A DNA stretch of 63,993 nt, filler included, from Choristocarpus tenellus KU-1152 (lineage: Eukaryota > Protista > Phaeophyceae), in NCBI GenBank assembly GCA_964200185.2. It is 9 parts of 9 records of this genome, joined end to end, with 100 filler letters (N's around TTAATTAATTAA, not from the genome) between each part and the next. Parts side by side here need not be neighbours in the genome. Positions count along the whole stretch, not along the records: positions 30,782 to 44,601 come from CAXNAD020001358.1; positions 44,702 to 55,710 come from CAXNAD020002567.1; 7 more parts are not named here. The stretch is one strand, 5' to 3'. Positions 39,051 through 51,100 of the stretch are shown here, piece by piece. Both the position numbers and the translations under genes were made by a program. Under the pieces are notes generated by a model. It saw only the letters and a program-made list of their open reading frames with translations. It was not told where the DNA came from and did no database searches. Within the stretch, counting starts at the first letter, position 1. Each line of letters starts with the position of its first letter.

Positions 39051-39986
39051 GGGCACCCTTCATATGCAGGAGGATTGACGGGGGGTTGCCATGCCGACGT
39101 TCTGACCTTGATGTGCCCAGTTCTGGCGTCAAAATCACCCCCAAGGACCCCCACTTTAACGGCTTGAAGCACCTGGAGTTTGTACCTGATGATCCTCGAC
39201 CCCCACCCTTTCTGAAACCTGAGATTGTCAACCCGATTTCATTCTGTGTGGTTATCGTCCGATTCGGCGCCGTTCTCGCTCGGTGAGTCCAGATGTTTCG
39301 CGGCACAAACTTATGGCACAGAGGTAGTAGATTGATGCCGTTGAAATTAAATGAAGTTATTAGTATCCACAAAGCTAGAGACATTGATGTTACAAGAAAC
39401 AACTCAGAAATCAACAAGCACGGTTTGCACAAACACAAGAGTATTTCAATTCACTTCGGAAGCTAGTTGCGAATAGAATGACAATTGCTGGGCACGTTAA
39501 ACATCCGATCCAAGGTATATGCGTGAGACCTGCTGGACTTGGATGAGGCAGTTCCTCGAATATGGCACATTGCTCACCTGGGCACGTCCTGCCCAGATGA
39601 TGAGGGCGGTTTCCTCAGGACAAACAGATATACATTCCCAGTATGGCTCTGGGAGAATAATCCACGTACTGTTGAGACCCTCCTGCTCACAAGGTTTGCG
39701 GGGACCACAGAAGAGGTTGCCCAACCAAGACCGTAATACCTCCCGTATTTGCTGTCTCCGTGAGAAAACAATGAGAGCACTTTGGTCAGGCAGGGTGAGC
39801 AATGGAGAGGATATGATACCTCTTGGTTCATTCTGCGAGGCAGATATGATGAACATGGAACAGTACGAGCCCAGTAGTATCCTCCCACCCACTGGCGCAC
39901 CTCTTGAAGATTGCTCCTCTTACTCTCCACTGTCATATTTGTCGTGACCTGACCGGATATATTCTTTCCCTAAGAATAGTGGTAGA

Positions 39987-40196
39987 AATCCAAGGTAAAC
40001 GAGAGATACCCAAGGTTGAATCAAAAGGATGTTGAAAAATGTGTAGGAATTCTTTTCTTTTGTACATCGCGTATAGGGACCTTTTTGAACTCTGCAATAA
40101 AACATCCAAGCAATAGAGACATCAACGCTCTCAAGTCAATCTTAGCACTTCATCCATACAAATAAGGGTGAATTGCAAAAGAGAAAAAAAGTGACT
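39987..40196. mobile_element. MITE family A, truncated
   Basis: Left TIR-like AAGGTAAACGAGAGATACCC and shared body CAACGCTCTCAAGTCAATCTTAGCACTTCATCCAT. Confidence 0.75.
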
Positions 40197-41069
40197 TATC
40201 ATACAGAATGACTAAATCCAGTGTATGTCTCCTTTGATTTGGCTAAGAAACAAACGATTGACTGTGTACCCCTTGGAAAAAAAGAGGTGTATGGAGTAGT
40301 GATGATCTCCTCATGCCGGTCCACAGCTGGACCAAGAAGTTTTAGGGGATTTGATTTAACATCTGGTATCCACCCACATCCTACATAATCCCAATGCTGC
40401 CCAAGGTGCACCACCAAAAATGGTTACAAGACTACCAGTTGTATCATCTACCAAAGAGTACTCGACATCGCTGGACCTCATTGCCAATAGGAAAGATGAG
40501 GGCATTCTTTATGGTGGATGTCTACTCCACTCAGGACCACATTTTTTTGGATTGATTGAAGAAGTTAGTGCAATATCACCTTTGCTCTCTCTACATCTAC
40601 CGCGTCCACTGTGCAGGTGTTGTCCTGTAGAAGTTAAGTTGCACATCATCACCAGTACAATCAGTACCTAAACAGCGGAAAAAGCACATGTGTGTCACTA
40701 ACGCGATCCAACTTTCATCAATATTCGATATAGTGCATTCCTCCCCAAGCTCCTCTCTACTTGTACCTCCTTTCAACACAATCCAAGTAGTTTCAGTACA
40801 TAAATTAAGTAAAAATGACGATGACCTTAGACTGAAATTTCCGTTATTATACATTTATATATATCAAGCGGCTCTGTATGCGGAGAGATGTAGGCAGGTG
40901 TGGTTCAGATATGCTTCAGCTTCTACAACAGACTGGGTAATTTCATTGGCCAGGCGATGGAGGACAGAAGTATTTTAAAATTGCTAAGAGTATCGGTCCT
41001 CACCACACTTGGAGCAGCTTCACAAACAGTATTTGACAAGTTCAGAGAGCGAAATATAAGACAAAATCT

Positions 41070-41070
<1 letters not shown>

Positions 41071-41115
<45 letters not shown>
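41071..41115 (+). repeat. (CAA)15 microsatellite
   Basis: Seen directly. Confidence 0.95.
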
Positions 41116-44100
41116 CTACTACTACATAGTATCAACGGTGCATATGGATGGTGGAGGGCATGGACTGGATCTAATTTTAATACTAATAAGAATATTGTTG
41201 CTACATTTATGGTCAGGGTTAGGGTTCATAAACTTGTGAACCTCAGTGAGGACACTAATGTAACTAGGACGCTATTCCTAGAGATCGCGTTTGTGTGTAT
41301 TTCTGAATCAATATGCTACTCCAAAAAAATCACCCACAGAAAACAGAGAGCGTTGACTCCATTACCAACCCCTTGAGCAAATGTCAAACATAATCTAGAG
41401 GTTCTTTTGTCATACAGACCCCGGAAATACCCTGTAGAAAGAGTACGCATTAACAGGCTGGGTTAGGGTTAGGGTAATAGCGATATAGTGGTACCAGTAG
41501 CTTCGTCCTCTATGGTAGTTCTACTTTTTTTCACCGTATTGCCATAAGAGTTACACAATATATATATGTATATCAAATGAGAGTGTATGACAAGAGTTTT
41601 GATGATTTGTATCCACAAATGTCCAGGCTTTGGGGAATGGGAGCTATTTCCCGATCAAAGAAAGGAAAAAACGCGGGGGAACATCTCCGGCGCAATTTTG
41701 AAGGTCACGACTTTAAAACGGACAAAAATGAAGTGGTTGGCTGAACTCCCTGCAAACACCTGATACGGGGTAGATCACTGCCCAAGTTTGATCTGTGTGG
41801 CGATACCAAAAAAAAATTGCGGACATCTTTATTGCATTATTTGCAGACTTTCTGTGAGTACACACATATATGACCCACACAGCAACATGAACCACGATGG
41901 TGAGACAAGGAGAGCCGCTATGCCACTCTGCTCCCTGGATCTACCCTTGGCACCTTCTCTGTCGAGAGGAGACGGAAAAGTAGGTACCGTGTGACACTCA
42001 GTGCAATGTTAGGTGACGAGAAAGTGCGAGTAGTGTGGTGCAGCAGCAGCATGATCAAATTATGAAGTGGATCACGCGGGTGCGACAGTGACGCTGAGAG
42101 AGGATGCATTCAAAGCATTACCACACAAATGTGTTTGGATCTTCAACCACTACGGAGCACTGCTCTGCAGTCTCTGACGCCTCGGGAAAGCAGGAAGAGA
42201 GCGGCGAGTCCACCACCAGGTGGTACAGTGACGAAGTCTGTGGGGAAGCCTGGTCACGGCGGGCGAAGAGAAAAGCGGAGTGGCCACCCGAAGGGAAGGT
42301 TGGGGAAGAGAGCAATGTGACTGCGTGCCATTGCGCTCAGGAAACACTTAAGTGAAAACCCGGGTGTAGAATATCGTAGTAGTCGACAGTTGCAGGAGGT
42401 CCTGGTTGTTTGGAAGCTATGTGAGCCGGAGTGACTTAAGGAAGCGAGAAAGAAGGTGTTAGGGTTGGGCTGCAAAGGCTCTGAAGTTCGAAAGAAGGTC
42501 GAAAGGGCTCGTAAGGTGGAGGAGAAAGCGATCGTAACAAAGGCAGCTGGGGAGACTTTTCGATATCACCAAATCCTTTACTTAGAAGAGGGCGCAAAGC
42601 AGGAGGAGGTAGCCATCAACAAGGACGCCAGGGAAGAAGAGGAGGTGAGATTTAGACTATTTGCACACTGGTGGTTTGGTGTCTCTCACTTCTTGCAAGA
42701 TGCTATACATTCACTTTTGTTCCTGGACTTAGGGTTGGACGTATATAGTTGATTAAGGCTTTCTCCCCGCCTGCACTCATTTGAGAAATCAACACAATTT
42801 TCGATCAACTCAAGCCGGTCCTTCCTCGCCCTTGCGCCTTAATGATAAAATATCACCCGCCCAGGAAACATGGACGACGCCCATTTCTGGCGCTTAACGA
42901 GGAAATGTGATAGTAAAGGCTCTAACACTGCGAATTCTGTACGTGTGTATGAACGATGGAAAAACCGTCCAATGGCGCTCGAGATGGCAGCAGGATATGC
43001 GATGGCCAGGTCAGAAACTGTGAGTAAATGGGAGAGACTTCCTAACTAAGGGCCACATCAAGGGGATGGAGCAAGGGTGCTATGAGAGGCATTTCGTTCT
43101 CGGCCTTGACGAGGACATTGTCGCCAAGGCCAAAGAATGGGTGCGCGAACAGAAAGGAAGAATGGGTGGGGAGGCTTTTTTCCCGACTAAACCCTATACT
43201 TTAATCAAGCAATAGTGCATCTGTTGCCACTCTTGGTGACTTACAGTCCATGGTTCGAACCCCAATATGAGCGCTCTTCCTTCAAAAAAAGAAAAAAATG
43301 GAAAAAACCAAATCCCGCACTCTGGAGGGTCTTGTGACAGGCATCACGAATATGTTTATATTTTAAATCCGATATCTACATCAAACGTTATGATGGGACA
43401 AGCGCAGAGGGTGAAGCTACTAAATATAGCATATATATATTATATTGTACCGCTATAGATTCAAAATCGCCCTGCTACAGCGGCAGATGATCTGCAAAGA
43501 AATAGCGGTATCAATAGATGCGGCACTTTGATACTTGTTGCACCTCTGTGGATATTGTTGGGGTTGGTGAAAGGCGAAGGTGATCAGAAACCTCTGGAAG
43601 GGAATATTCTCAAGTCTACTGGGGATCTGGACCTTGTCTCTGTCAATGCTAGAAAATGGTATGAGTACAGTACATAGTACAGTACATAGTACCACTTTCG
43701 TGTGTGTTACTTAAATCACTCACCTTGTTGCTGACTTGCTTTTCCCCCTTCAAAAGAGGAAGGTGGGTTGGCATCATTGTCAAGGTACAGAGTAGCATGG
43801 AATTTGTTTTAGCCTGTCTTGCTTTCCTCAAGGCATTGACAGCAACATGAGCAATGTTTCTAACCTGGTCATGACACTATAGTGTACAATCGAGATAGAA
43901 AGAGGGGCACAGTGAACAATGTGACAACAACAGCAGAACCTGAACTTGATGAGACATCAGGATGGTGAGATGGGATCTCATTGTGTGTAGCTACCGAGGT
44001 CCAAAAAGAGAAAGATATGCAAAAACATAAAGAGGTACCAAGTACCATGTTCATTCTAGTGTCTTGCATAAACAGAAATGAGGTTCAGATCCCCAATGGA

Positions 44101-44463
44101 CTGAGAACATATACATGTAGATTTTCTATTGTCACTTTCCCGTATTACCAAATCCAAGTATAAAATTTTGTGCTGCATGAAATCATTCCACTACATCTTT
44201 TCAGGTTAACACCCACTGTGGCAGGATGTCATTGGATCTGTCCCTCTATCCCTGGCAATCTGTAAATACATACTCGTTTCGCTGCCCTTGGTGTGCCTCT
44301 CATCTTCTACAGGCCAACATCACCACAATATACAACACTGAGGATGACCAGGTAGCCCAGAAGGAACCAGGTCTAGTTGCGAAGAAGGGTGTTGTAATCA
44401 ACAGCACTGTACTTGTGGAAGCAAACAAGGATGACTCAACTTCAAAGTTGGGAGTACATTACC

Positions 44464-44601
44464 TCAATCAATTCGAAGAGAATAGGTCCTGAGTGGAATG
44501 GACACCCATCATCATTGACAGAAACAATGGACTCAGAGTATATCCGTTTGTGGTGATGGGTGTCCATTCCACTCAGGACCTATTCTCTTCGAATTGATTG
44601 A
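44464..44601. repeat. Perfect 48-bp inverted repeat (foldback) at contig end
   Basis: 44464-44511 is the reverse complement of 44554-44601. Confidence 0.9.
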
Positions 44602-44701
44602 NNNNNNNNNNNNNNNNNNNNNNNNNNNNNNNNNNNNNNNNNNNNTTAATTAATTAANNNNNNNNNNNNNNNNNNNNNNNNNNNNNNNNNNNNNNNNNNN
44701 N
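44602..44701. other. Artificial contig linker
   Basis: N44-TTAATTAATTAA-N44. Confidence 0.98.
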
Positions 44702-44734
44702 TTAAATTCATTTATCCTCCTTTTTTTCCAAATC

Positions 44735-45128
44735 CCCCCCCCCCTGTAGATCTCCCCCCCCCTCCCAGATACTTTGGGTCTGGATGAGGTGCTAAGTTTG
44801 GCTGGGGGAGGGTTTATATTTTTATTATTTCAAAGATTTCGACATAATTAAGAAAATCTCCTACTCACATTTGTAAAAAAGAGGAATTTTGCACACCTTT
44901 GCCAAGATCCTTGGTTCAAAGTACCTGGTTGGTGGCTATCCATTCGGGACCCATTTTTCCATGTCATGATTTTGGGTTAATTTGGTTGCATGCGCCGAAT
45001 GGATGATGTAAGTGCACTGCTCCTGATCAGGGCCTGAATGGACACCCTGGTGTAGCCCCCCCTCCCCCCAGATGCTTCGAGTCCCTTAAAAATCAACCCT
45101 ACTAGGTACCTCTCGTTTACTTTGACTC
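44735..45128. mobile_element. MITE family A fragment carrying family C insertions (C terminus ending 44780; full C at 44913-45083)
   Basis: A body (TGGATGAGGTGCTAAG...GATCCTT) resumes after the C copy as CCTTAAAAATCAACCC...GGTACCTCTCGTTTACTTTGACTC. Confidence 0.8.
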
Positions 45129-46521
45129 ACTATCAATCCGACCATCTTTTGATCCCCCACACCATCACACCCTTCACTTCATTGGTGGGTCGCAGGCAAT
45201 GTACCCAAATCCATTGCAGAACAAGTTTCTCAGGCTCATGCAGCAGCCGTCCTCAACTCGGTGTCCGAGAGAAATGTCTGTATGCGCCTTTCTCCTCTTG
45301 GTGAGATGTCCCATCCAGTACAATTCGACAGCATATGCATTTGATCAATAGTTTGCGGAGTTGATTATCTGAATACTTCCTGACCACGCAGGGAAATGTC
45401 CAAAGAAGATCTACCCCCATCAGCATCACCAGTATTTTTTCTATTACCCTCGATGACACTTCTCTTTTTTTTGTTTTTGTTGTCCAATACACAATGGGGT
45501 GCTCTCATCAAGTGCAAATGTAAAGCATGGATATTTGATGAATGGGTATGGGTTAAACATTAATTCAAATAGTACATCGTTCACTTCTGCTAGGTCCCAC
45601 CCTTGCAAGCTACAGATCCAGTTGGTGTACAACTAGTACAACTCTGGTATTTCGCAGTGAAAAAAATAAAAAATAAAAACAAACAAACTTTGAATTAAGT
45701 CATTTTACAAAAGTCTTATACTGTGATTCTAAGCCCTAATAGGAGAAAGAGAAAAAAGAACGATCACAGTTGTGTACAGTCACACCTTGAGTCACAGGTC
45801 TGCTTCTTGTAAGCGAAGTGCATTGTATTGTTACTCTGAGTATTTCAAATAGGCGAGTTTGTTTCTTGTCTTTCAATGTGTAAGACATCCCAATTTGTGA
45901 TGGACTGAGCAAGGTGTCAAGACAGGAGGGTCCACCTCGGACTCATTAGAGTTACTTGATTCTGGAAGTAGTTTTGCTCCTGTAAGATCAAATTATTAGT
46001 TTTTTGTGTTTCCTGGTATTTTCAAAATTGCTGACAAGGGATTTACTCCACCTAACTCGACCCGCAAAGTAACTTCAACATGATGGCACTATCCAAACGT
46101 TTGTCTCTTACCGTACAGCCTTGGCATTGTGTTGTCGATCCTTGGTACATGTTTGGTTTCTTCTTAAGCTGTAAGGGATATGCTCTACATTGAAGTCCCA
46201 CAACCTGGACTGAAGTCCCAAAATTGTGAACTCTGTTCCTGACCAAATATTGGTAGACACTCTCTTACACGAAATCTTCATGACATGGTGATGGTACCAA
46301 CTTCCATCAAAATGCTACAAGGGCCCCCACCACCCTTTTCAGATTTTCAGGTGTGGGTTATAATTTTAAGCTTCTTCTCACCTACCAATCCACTATGGCT
46401 TTACATAAAAGCAACAACCCTAACCCTCACAAATTGAAGCACCCACTCCTCTCACATGTCCCCAAGGCCATTCGACTGGTTTCCACCACAGTAATCTTGC
46501 CTGAAGTTTCAAACATATTGT

Positions 46522-46781
46522 GAGCCAAAGTATCTTAGAGGGTAGAGCCACATCCATTTAGGGGGGCCAAAATCCAATGTTGCGATTTTGATGTAATTTG
46601 GCTATTGTGCTTGTTAGGAAGTGTCAATATCCTTGTTCTGGACACACCTTTTCATAACATACACATTTTGCCTTCTCCTAAACATTTTGGAGTAGGAAAA
46701 TACCATAAAAGAACCCATGGGAACCCAAGCTCCAAATTGACAAAGAGGGAAAAACTCGTACCCTCTAAGATACTTTCACTC
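46522..46781. mobile_element. MITE family B
   Basis: Complete TIRs; perfect 3-bp TSD TGT. Confidence 0.92.
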
Positions 46782-48141
46782 TGTACTTAGTGCTGCAATG
46801 AGTCCCACTGAGAAATAGTTGGATTCATGCCAGAGGAACACTGGTGGCAGTCCATGCAAAACTTGTTTTTTCTAAAATCCCTCGTACACAGGAACAACCC
46901 CTGAGATATTCTGTCGTAGAGGGGGGTTTACTTATGCCCTTTTTGAATTTTTGGGATCTTAATCACTTCGGTTTGTCACCCCATTCCCATGACCAAAATG
47001 AAGCCATCTCTCCCTAAGGGACTGCGGTTGTAGAAGAGAGGACAAACGCATGTCCACATAAGCGCAAAATCACCGTTCAGAAAGATAGAAGTACATGTAC
47101 CAGTAGGCAGGCACAGGGGATCCAGCCATCTACTCAATGACACCCCCTCTAAGATAGAAGGGCTCGTTGTGTGGAGTAAGTCGATTTATTTTTTTTATAG
47201 ACGGTGCTCATGTTTCAATATAATGCACTCCTGACTTTTGTCCAGGAATGACTATGTATCCCTCTTTATCAGCTTGTCTTTTGCACTGTTTGCAAGATAA
47301 AGAGGGGCCCAGATGGCGTAGGATGTCCTAGATTTATTCAGTAGTACTCTATATGTGAGGCTTAGGCTGAAGGCAGGGTCCGTACCTTGGTACTAGATGT
47401 GGGGTGTAGTAGTCTCAACCATCAAAAAGAGAAGGAGACAGCTGCCCCAAGTTCATCCCCCACCAATAATAGACGTATGATTGAAGGATGTTGAAGGGAG
47501 GAATAAGGGAATGTTCTCATTCTTAGGATTGTCATCTATTTCTCAAAGGTCAGTTGTTCATATTCTGGAGTGTGTGTGTGTGTGTGCTGAGGTGCGAATG
47601 AGTTATTGTTGTATGTCTACTTTTCAGTCTCAGCGTTTTTAAAGTGTCTGTCGCACCCTAGGTTTTTGACCTGTAGGAAGTGGTGAGCTCACTTCCCTGC
47701 ATTAACATCGACCTGTTCCGGATGACAAAAATTCCACGCGAAAAAATTCCATCCAAAAAAAATTCCAAACATTTCCGATTTCTCGAATATATCATAGGAA
47801 AGGGATCGGAATGGGCCTTAAAATATGTAAAAACCGGATTTTTAAAATGCTTTTTTGCTGTTAGGAATGACCCTTTACACTTGAAATCGACCAAAAAATA
47901 TCACTTCATTCCCTTTCCCATTCCTGCTTTTTTCAGAGACCTCTGTATACCTTGATCCTAATATAGCGGTTCAACCATGCTACGACAATGGTGACCAGAG
48001 TCTTAATGCTTCACACCTTTCAATTCCTGGCATACAGAGAACTCTTGTTGAGATGAGTCTCTTACACAACCCGTTACTCAAAACTGGCATTGCTACATCA
48101 TCCTGATGATGAGCAGGAGAGCAACAATTCTTTCTTCTCAG

Positions 48142-51100
48142 GCAGAGGCCCTGCTGCAGGGTGGCCATATGGCCGCCTGGTGGACTTTACCACCAATGCA
48201 TACTTGATTGAGAAGCACTTCCTGTCGGTTATCTATGAAGAAGGAGACAGGCTCAAGGTGTGTGGTGCAGATATGTGTGATGTCAGGGGTGAAGAAGTCA
48301 TAGGGGTGGCAGGGGGCATGGAGCCTTGCAGGAACGGTGGCAGCGGAAGAAGAGGTCACATTGAAGGCCTGGTCAAGGGTGATGGAGGAGGTCAGAGAGG
48401 TGCAGAAAAGAGCGCAGGGACAAGAGGAGAAGATGTGGGGGCATATATCATCTTGCGTGGTGCAGTTGATCTATACATGCTTGAGAGGTGAGCAGTAGCA
48501 AATACTAAATCAAAACAGTCCTGGCCAATCTTTCCAGCAAGTTTTGTTTTAGGGGAGATGTTCACATTCTGGGAGCCTAGGTAATATGTCTACCCTCTTC
48601 ACAGTTGACTCTTGCATCCGATCAACCTGATCTTTGCCACTATTATGTTAGAGTATTGATTCCCAACCGAGAGCTGCTCTAACCCCTTCTGAATCCTGGC
48701 TCCAGTCACACTTTTTATGCTATTGTTTCCCCCAAATCGGGCTATTCTCAATATTCCAGGGGATCAGCGGCAAAGCAAATGACAGCAGCAGCACAGGCAG
48801 AGTTGGCAAAGAGGGCGACAAGGGGGCAGCCAAGTCACAGCCCTAAACCTCCAACAAGCAAGGTACAAAATAGCAGAAACGACCCAAATAAGGTTTTGGG
48901 TAGTATTCCATGCATTGTCCTGGATCCCACCTACCATGGGGATTGAATGTTCTTAGGTTCAAGGCAAGCTTCCGACAAGGGACAAGGGGTAATGGTTGAA
49001 GAAGGTAGCACCAAGTCCGCAAATAAACCTTCAAGAAACAGAAACGACAGGAGTGGCTACTGGTGAGGATCCTGGGTGTAACCTTTAGTCAGGAGTAGGT
49101 AACATACATAATCTCGTTCCATGCTGACGTTTGCTCAAAACATGAACTAGAATAGCTTTGTTTGCAATTTTCTTCAAGCAACACGGAAAGTTTTGCATGG
49201 CTTCAGCTCAGGATATTTCTCCAATGAAAGATGTCTATGCAACATACACTCAATCTATAAAGCGGGGTCATAGTGCTGGTCCACCCACAGACAGTATGCT
49301 AGTCAACACACACTCACAGCATGTATGTCTGTGCATTGGACTCTCCATACCTCTTGCAGACTTCTCTGTATGGACCAAAGTGATCATTCTAAGTCGCAAG
49401 TTCAACTTCTACTATAAAAGTATCCTAATATGTATGGGAAATTAGTGATACTTCAAATAAAAATGTGGTACATATTCTGCACTAGATTATACATGCACTG
49501 CAATTAGCAGTGGTGCCCCACGTACCTGACAGTTGTTATTATAAGTTCAATACTCCCAGCGCATAATTTTTCTCGTACGAATCATTCCCATCGCAATGGG
49601 CAATGATACTGGATGACATGTAAGCCTTGTTTCCTAGATTGGTCTTCATTTTGTCGACCACTGCTCAAGATCGGTCCTGCAAGCATGGTGCCAGCGTTGA
49701 ACATTCATTTCCATTGTCCAAATTCCATAATTTAAAAATCATATTGAGATGATATTGCATGTGAGCAGTAATTGTTTTTTGTTCTCAAGATAAGTTTTTA
49801 TCCTCGTGCAAATGATTTTTTCCCAAGTCCACAACCAGTTGCAACTAAATCTATTGCAGTTGATGATCTTATACCACAAGATCAATCCCCGCTGTTGATA
49901 ATACCACAATGCACGTCAGTCACATGGCGTTCAACAAAGAATGTCCTCCTAATAATGGATGAATGTGTCAGGCATTTAAGAGGGTAGGGACACACGTCCG
50001 TTAAGGGTCACAAACCCAATGTTGCAATTTTGATGGATTTTGGCTATCATGTTTGTTAGCAAGTGTTCATATCCTTGCTCTAGAGGCACCTTTCATAGTT
50101 GTACACATTTAAACTGATTTTACACAGAAAACCGAAAAAGGGCATAGAAAACCCGTGGGAAGGCAAGCCCCGAACGGACAAACAGGGCAAAACACCTACC
50201 CTCTTAAATGCTGTGACCCAATGTGTGATTTGATCGACATTGTCACTGAGTTAATAATACCTACATCAGCCCCCACGACATGTCTTAATCCCCTTCCCAT
50301 TCTGCCGGCAGGAGAACAGAGTTGGCGGTTTCCGACGAACGAGGACACACAGACTTGCACCAAGGTATACACTGATTATTTCCACAAAATGCTTCAAGTA
50401 AAGCGTGTCCTATAGATGTAGTATAGAACTATCTTTAATCAGTCCGCCAATTCACTGCGCCACACACTACAGTCGCGCCCTTCTGGCTGGTCTCTCTTAG
50501 CTATGGAGCGACCCTGTGAAATGTGTACATTTCACAGAACGTTTCTGAAGCTTGATTTCCAAGCAACCGAATAATATCCTTACACAGTGCTACAATTTTA
50601 CTTCCTTGGTCACTTCAGATTTCGTTTTTCAATTGGAACCATTGCCCAGGAGAGTTGGTACAGAATAATCCAGTACAACACGCATGAAAAAAGCTTCCAT
50701 GATCGCATGAAAATAGTTTTTCAAATGACGAGATCCACAGTCCACCTGACCTGCTCATGTTCCCCCGATTCCGCAGTCATATTGTTCTTGATTAATATTA
50801 TGTGCCTTGTTCTCAGGAGCAACTCATTGCACGCATGACAGGGCATGACATCAGCCTCATGAGACTGAGGCAAGTGTAGCAAATACGGTAAAAAGAAGAT
50901 CAGAGGCATCCACCACCTACTCTCTTTGCATTCTTCTTGCCCCATATTCAACAAAGCAGATGGAAGGTGTGCCGTCTCGGTCCTGGAGCCATGTTTGGGG
51001 AATGCGGTAGGCCTGGACTTCGGTACCAAACCGACTGGGATGGAGACGGTGGCGAGTGCGGAGTTGGGTACGAGGGAAGAGGTGGTGAGTGGGGGGCACC

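Noticed and set aside
40900-41376. Poly-Gln / poly-Cys ORFs
   Set aside because: They are by-products of the (CAA)15 microsatellite
43210-43280. tRNA or SINE (GGTTCGAACCC B-box-like motif followed by an A-rich tail)
   Set aside because: No cloverleaf, A-box or second copy could be established
44464-44601. 48-bp perfect hairpin as a miRNA precursor or element end
   Set aside because: It ends exactly at a contig break, so a foldback read or assembly artefact is more likely
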